Below, piece by piece: positions 59,881 to 64,000 of a stretch of DNA of 64,000 bases. How positions within the stretch are numbered: position 1 is the stretch's first letter; each line of letters begins with the position of its first letter. This DNA is from Candidatus Latescibacterota bacterium (lineage in GTDB: Bacteria > Latescibacterota > UBA2968 > GCA-2709665): positions 4,576,001 to 4,640,000 of the forward strand of contig OZ244744.1 of assembly GCA_965219455.1 (NCBI GenBank), read 5' to 3'. The notes beneath the pieces were generated by a model. That model saw only the letters and a program-made list of their open reading frames with translations. It was not told the origin of the DNA and did not search any database. The position numbers and the translations under genes were made by a program.

Positions 59881-60000
59881 GATCGACACAGTTTGCGCTT
59901 CGACACCCCTCGACAAGCTCATAGCAAGGATCAGAGAACTGGCTCCGGGTGCCGGCTTACCGGCCGAGCTCGGGGTTCGCAAACCGTGGAAACGTTATGG
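59881..60000 (+). repeat. attC-like site with REP-like insert
   Basis: GATCGACacagtttgcg...tcgacaagctca...cgcaaaccgtggaaacGTTATGG. Confidence 0.75.
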
Positions 60001-60042
60001 GCATGCCGTAAAAATTGAATCTGATTCACGAATACTTACTCT

Positions 60043-60375
60043 ATGAAGTTGCCTAACGGAATAAATGCGGCCATCCCTACCGAGAAAGTCAAGCAATATC
60101 TGCTTTCCGATGTACATGCCGTAGGTCGAGCAAAAGCGAAATTCTTCCGTGGTTTTGGGTATGGGCAGGAGGACCCCTCTGTCATCAAAGCTGATTTAGC
60201 ATCCATTGCGCGAAATGAGTAAGTCTCCGAAGCCATAGAGACACGTCATGGCACCAAGTATATCTTGGATGGTCGTGTGAAAACCCCATCGGGTTCGAGT
60301 GTTCGGATTCGGATGGTCTGGATAGTAGAATCTGGTTCAGATAGGCCTCGTCTGGTGACAGCCTATCCAGCTTGA
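60043..60375 (+). pseudogene. DUF6883-like toxin with an in-frame TAA at 60220
   Basis: MKLPN...KVKQYLLSDVHAVGRAKAKFF...RNE*VSE...HGTKY...WIVE...PRLVTAYP. Confidence 0.8.
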
Positions 60376-60390
60376 TCAAGGAGGATTGAA

Positions 60391-60624
60391 ATGACTGAAT
60401 TGGATATGGTGGTTCTCAAGGAGTCGATTGTAGAGCACGGTCTGGTGGCCGGAGATGTGGGCACGGTGGTACATAGATATGCGGACGACGAGGCGTCGGA
60501 GGTAGAGTTCGTGGATACTCAGGGCACCACCATTGCAGTTCTGACTCTGGAAGATTCAGCAGTACGCCCTCCCCTGGCGGGTGAGATCTTACATGTTAGA
60601 GACGTGTCACCTGCCACCTCCTGA
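60391..60624 (+). CDS. DUF4926-domain protein (putative antitoxin)
   Basis: ELDMVVL...GLVAGDVGTVVH...EVEF. Confidence 0.85.
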   Translation: MTELDMVVLKESIVEHGLVAGDVGTVVHRYADDEASEVEFVDTQGTTIAVLTLEDSAVRPPLAGEILHVRDVSPATS

Positions 60625-60655
60625 ATTTTCAATGAGCGCTATTGCGTGCCACGGT

Positions 60656-60748
60656 CCATAACAACACAGTGTTGCGCTGCGGCGGCTTTTTCCGCCCCGG
60701 TCTTCGACAACCCTCTGCGCGGGTTCGCAGCCCACGGGAACGGACGGC
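60656..60748 (+). repeat. attC-like site (right core eroded)
   Basis: CCATAAC...gcgctgcggcgg...caaccc...gggttcgcagccc. Confidence 0.7.
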
Positions 60749-60861
60749 GCAGGATTTCGAGCATCGCACGTTCCTTCCTTGTCCGCATTTCTGTTACCCT
60801 GGTCGTCGCAGTCGTTGCGCTCGAAACGCCCGGCGCGAACCCGATAGAGGAGAAGAAAATA

Positions 60862-61932
60862 GTGTCCGAATCGAAGCGCGAGCATCTGAGCAAGGTTCTG
60901 GACGTCGAAAGGACGCGTGTCTGGACCCGTATCATCAGCGCGTTTCACGACATGCTTCGGGCGCCGGGTCAAACGGAATGGTCGCCCGCGCGGCTTCAAG
61001 GCGTGCTGGGCAATGCCTTCAGTTTCGAAATGAAGAAAGGCGGCGGGGACGTCTGGCAGGAGGGGAACCTGGACTGGTGGCTGGTCTTCGAGACCCGCCC
61101 GGAAGAGGAACTGGGCTGCCGAATTCAGCGCTTTCAGACGCGCCAGGGGGATACGGACCCCGACGAAAGCAGGAAGATCAAGGCTGCCGCCTGGGACGCC
61201 GTTCGGGCAAGCATCGACCGCGGGATACCGGCGGCTGCGTGGGCCCCTATGTATCCAAAAGAGGACCCAGCCCGCGATTGGGGTCTCCTGGTGGGTTACG
61301 ACGAGGCGGACGAATCCTACATCGTTCGCCGTCGCGGCGGGGAATTCGGTGTTCGCTACGACGCGATCGGAGACGTCGGCCCTCCCGAAGATTTTTGTGT
61401 GCTCGTCTACGATGGATCGGAGCAGGTGGACGTGCCGAGCACCCACGTCAAGGCACTAAGGAACGCGGTCGCGTTTGCGAACGGGACTCGATACGATACG
61501 GACAAAGCCCCAATCAAAGTGGCTGCTCGGGGCCTCGCCGCCTTCGAACTCTGGCGGGACGCCATCGCATCGGGAGCGAGTCCCGATCCCGGTCAGCGGC
61601 ATCCGAGGAGCCACGGAATCGTTAAGGATACTCAAAGCCACGCAGGAGTACTGACGTCACTCCGCGGATACGCCGCTGCTTATCTGCGGGACCTCACCGA
61701 TGTATTCCCGGTGGCCGCCTCCGAACTCGAATCAGCAGCCGGTCACTACGATCGCGTCGCCGAAGCGTCTGGTAAGCTCTATTCGGTCTGCGAGCGCTCC
61801 AGGGATGCGGACGAATTTACCGATGACGCGCGCGCCGAGGTGAGCAGGCTCATTTCGACCGCGCTCCAGGCGGAACGAGACGCAATTGCCAGTGTCAAGG
61901 CGGCACTCGCGCTTATCGAAGCGACCGAGTAG
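60862..61932 (+). CDS. Hypothetical protein (start uncertain; possibly exported)
   Basis: Long GC-biased ORF; its nominal 5' part overlaps the attC. Confidence 0.65.
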   Translation: MSESKREHLSKVLDVERTRVWTRIISAFHDMLRAPGQTEWSPARLQGVLGNAFSFEMKKGGGDVWQEGNLDWWLVFETRPEEELGCRIQRFQTRQGDTDPDESRKIKAAAWDAVRASIDRGIPAAAWAPMYPKEDPARDWGLLVGYDEADESYIVRRRGGEFGVRYDAIGDVGPPEDFCVLVYDGSEQVDVPSTHVKALRNAVAFANGTRYDTDKAPIKVAARGLAAFELWRDAIASGASPDPGQRHPRSHGIVKDTQSHAGVLTSLRGYAAAYLRDLTDVFPVAASELESAAGHYDRVAEASGKLYSVCERSRDADEFTDDARAEVSRLISTALQAERDAIASVKAALALIEATE

Positions 61933-62338
61933 GTGCAATCGCATAGAAATTGTAGGTATCTGCACGTGGCACGCCCGCCAACATGACCGCGCGGCGGAAA
62001 CGTCAGCGTATATGTATAACGCCTATAGGTCGAATAAAGACCTGGGTTGGAAGAATAGCCAGAAGATCCCACGATCACTGCTTATTTAGATGACCATCTC
62101 CTGGAAACAACCTGTTCGTCTATGCGGCTGCTACGCCGCCACGGTCTTCCGTAAACCTGGATGGCGCCACGCAAGGTGATCTGAAGACGGTCCAATTGCA
62201 ATTAGATGGTAGTTCAGGTCTTCTGATCGAGGAAGACAAAAAACTCCAATACTAATTGCAACGGTATTGAATAGTGGCTATCTTTGATGCGTTGGAAAGC
62301 ATCTTTGGAGGGAATAGTCGATAGTCGGGGACAGCGAA

Positions 62339-62560
62339 ATGAGCAATATCAAATTCAGGGTACTCATCGAGCAGGACGAAGACGGCATTTTTGTGGCCGA
62401 GGTTCCCGCTTTACCAGGGTGCATTTCGCAAGGGTCTACTCGAAAGGAAGCCCTGGAAAATGCGCAGGAAGCGATGGAGCTCTTTATTGAGAGTCTGGAA
62501 GCCCATGGGGACCCGATTCCTCCCGCGATTACGGAAGAAATCATCGAGATTAAAATTTGA
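62339..62560 (+). CDS. hicB: HicB-family antitoxin
   Basis: IEQDEDG.FVAEVPALPGCISQGSTRKEALENAQEA. Confidence 0.9.
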   Translation: MSNIKFRVLIEQDEDGIFVAEVPALPGCISQGSTRKEALENAQEAMELFIESLEAHGDPIPPAITEEIIEIKI

Positions 62561-62781
62561 GCCCGCTCCCGGTTGTGTCCGGTCGCGATGTTGTCAGCGC
62601 ATTGGGAAAGATCGGCTATGAGTACGATCGTCTACGCGGAAGCCACAACGTATTACGACTGAATCGAGAACCCTATCGCCGTATCGTAGTTCCCAACCAC
62701 AGGCAGGTAGCCAAAGGAACTCTTCGAGCGATCATTCGCGAGGCCGGTTTGACCGTGGAAGAATTCCGAGCCCTGATGTGA
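62557..62781 (+). CDS. hicA: HicA-family toxin
   Basis: LPVVSGRDVV.AL...RGSH...VVPNH...GTLRAII. Confidence 0.88.
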   Translation: MSPLPVVSGRDVVSALGKIGYEYDRLRGSHNVLRLNREPYRRIVVPNHRQVAKGTLRAIIREAGLTVEEFRALM

Positions 62782-62920
62782 ACTGATTTCCAACATCGTC
62801 TACGGCAAAATTGGTACGCCTATCAGGAAAAAAACACGAAACGGGGTGATGACCGCCCCGTTGTTTCTTTTGATGATCTTTCAGATTCACGTCTCTTCCA
62901 ATGCATCCACTTATGCTAAG

Positions 62921-63037
62921 GTGACCGAAGACAAGGCGCGCTCCCTCCCCGAATCCCCCGATTCGGGGAGGGAGCGCAACGCAGTAATTCGGCCACAAGA
63001 GCCGGCCGCAGACCGGATGGACTTTTTCAACGGGCTG
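62921..63037 (-). mobile_element. Partial inverted copy of the 37566-37725 MITE
   Basis: ggactttttcaacgggctg-ctaa end; shared internal sequence. Confidence 0.8.
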
Positions 63038-63052
63038 CTAAGGTCGGTAGAA

Positions 63053-63113
63053 AGCCAACAGCTCAGCAGGCCTGTTAACGTTGCGCGGTTCGTGGTCACG
63101 GACGACGTTTTCT
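63053..63113 (+). repeat. Degenerate attC-like site
   Basis: AGCCAAC...gcgcggttcg...acGTTTTCTgcaAT. Confidence 0.55.
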
Positions 63114-63151
63114 GCAATAAAATGACTTCCCTGACACGGGAGGCAAGCGGC

Positions 63152-63964
63152 ATGGTCAACACAAATCTGCCGGTGATTACACGAAGCAGGTTGGTATCAG
63201 ACTTATCGAAACTGGGGCTTGCCGCTGGCGACACCTTGATGCTGCATGCTTCTGTCAAGGCAGTCGGCTGGATCGTAGGGGGCCCTGAAATGGTGCTTCG
63301 GGCGATCCTGGACGTGCTCGGTTCAACGGGGACCTTGATGATGTACGTGAAGTGCGAGGAGCCGTTGAACGAAATCGAAGATTGGCCGGAGGAATGGCAG
63401 AAAGCCTATCTGGAAGAATGTCCGCCATTTGATCCTTCCCGGACTCGCGCATTTCGTGAGTGGAGCATCCTTACAGAGTACCTGCGCACGTGGCCAGGGG
63501 CACGTTGCAGCGCCCATCCCGAGGCACGAGTGGCAGCAGTTGGCGCGAGGGCGGATTGGATAACGTCAGACCATCCGCTTCAGTTTGGTTACGGCGCGGA
63601 TTCCCCCCTCGAGAAGTTGTGCGAAGTTCGGGGGAAAATACTCCTGCTTGGACAGCTTTTCGATAGCCTCACCATTCTCCACTACGCGGAACACATTGCT
63701 GACGTGCCCAACAAGAGAACAGAGCGCTATCGATGGCCGGTTTTGCGCGGCGGCACGTGCGAATGGATAGCGTTCGAGCAGTTCGATACTTCCAATGGAA
63801 TCGTTGACTGGCCCGATGGCAGCTATTTCCAGTCCATTTCAAAAGAGTATATGGCTCGCGGACGCTACGCGGAGGGGCGGGTTGGAGCCGCAGACTCGTA
63901 TCTGTTCGACGCCCGGGATCTGGCAGACTTCGCGATCGCATGGATGGAAGAACAGTTCGGTTAG
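63152..63964 (+). CDS. aac(3): Aminoglycoside 3-N-acetyltransferase family protein
   Basis: LGLAAGDTLMLHASVKAVGWIVGG, PPFDP, SAHP, TILHYAE. Confidence 0.88.
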   Translation: MVNTNLPVITRSRLVSDLSKLGLAAGDTLMLHASVKAVGWIVGGPEMVLRAILDVLGSTGTLMMYVKCEEPLNEIEDWPEEWQKAYLEECPPFDPSRTRAFREWSILTEYLRTWPGARCSAHPEARVAAVGARADWITSDHPLQFGYGADSPLEKLCEVRGKILLLGQLFDSLTILHYAEHIADVPNKRTERYRWPVLRGGTCEWIAFEQFDTSNGIVDWPDGSYFQSISKEYMARGRYAEGRVGAADSYLFDARDLADFAIAWMEEQFG

Positions 63965-64000
63965 CCGTGGTCAGGGTGTGCGCTGCGGTCGACCTCACGG

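Larger units (their letters stand above)
256..63964 (+). mobile_element. Integron-like gene cassette array (chromosomal super-integron/CALIN-like, decaying); probably continues beyond both window ends
   Basis: All non-IS genes lie on +; ~35 related imperfect palindromes bounded by TAAC/GTTA follow genes, several overlapping the stop codon; IntI-like remnants and attI-like sites; typical cassette cargo and TA pairs. Confidence 0.88.

Noticed and set aside
60646-60760. 5' part of the 428-aa ORF (likewise starts at 31324, 38664, 62846)
   Set aside because: These run through attC or MITE sequence and are read-through artefacts.
256-63113. Repeats as a CRISPR array
   Set aside because: Units are variable 45-165 bp palindromes separated by whole genes; there are no constant-length spacers and no cas genes.
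1-64000. rRNA, tRNA, reverse transcriptase, group II intron or DGR
   Set aside because: No such motifs were seen; the duplicated patches show no adenine-specific variation.

Overview
The whole 64 kb is a co-oriented (+ strand) integron-like gene-cassette array in advanced decay. About 35 attC-like sites (RYYTAAC...GTTRRRY, with branched GC-rich hairpins) separate small accessory genes: methyltransferases, GNATs, APH-like kinases, HAD, NUDIX, HIT, SET, AAC(3) and seven toxin-antitoxin pairs. Two eroded 3' ends of a tyrosine recombinase (IntI-like; 7307-7567 and 27461-27527) are each followed by a homologous ~110 bp attI-like site whose similarity stops right after GTTA, which indicates an inverted-type platform present twice. 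No intact integrase is in the window. The most unusual signal is that many cassettes carry their own 15-20 bp terminal inverted repeat extending well beyond the 7-bp core. These repeats share a conserved A/C mismatch at position 11, and some show compensatory changes inside the normally invariant GTT/AAC triplet. The array also holds operon-like fragments (kelch+hyuB start twice, ABC+PqqD start), ~70 bp sequence patches, five selectively inactivated toxins, two back-to-back IS1182 elements, several MITEs and a hairpin-ended IS-like element with an unclassified transposase. All calls are from reading the sequence by eye; no database searches were run.
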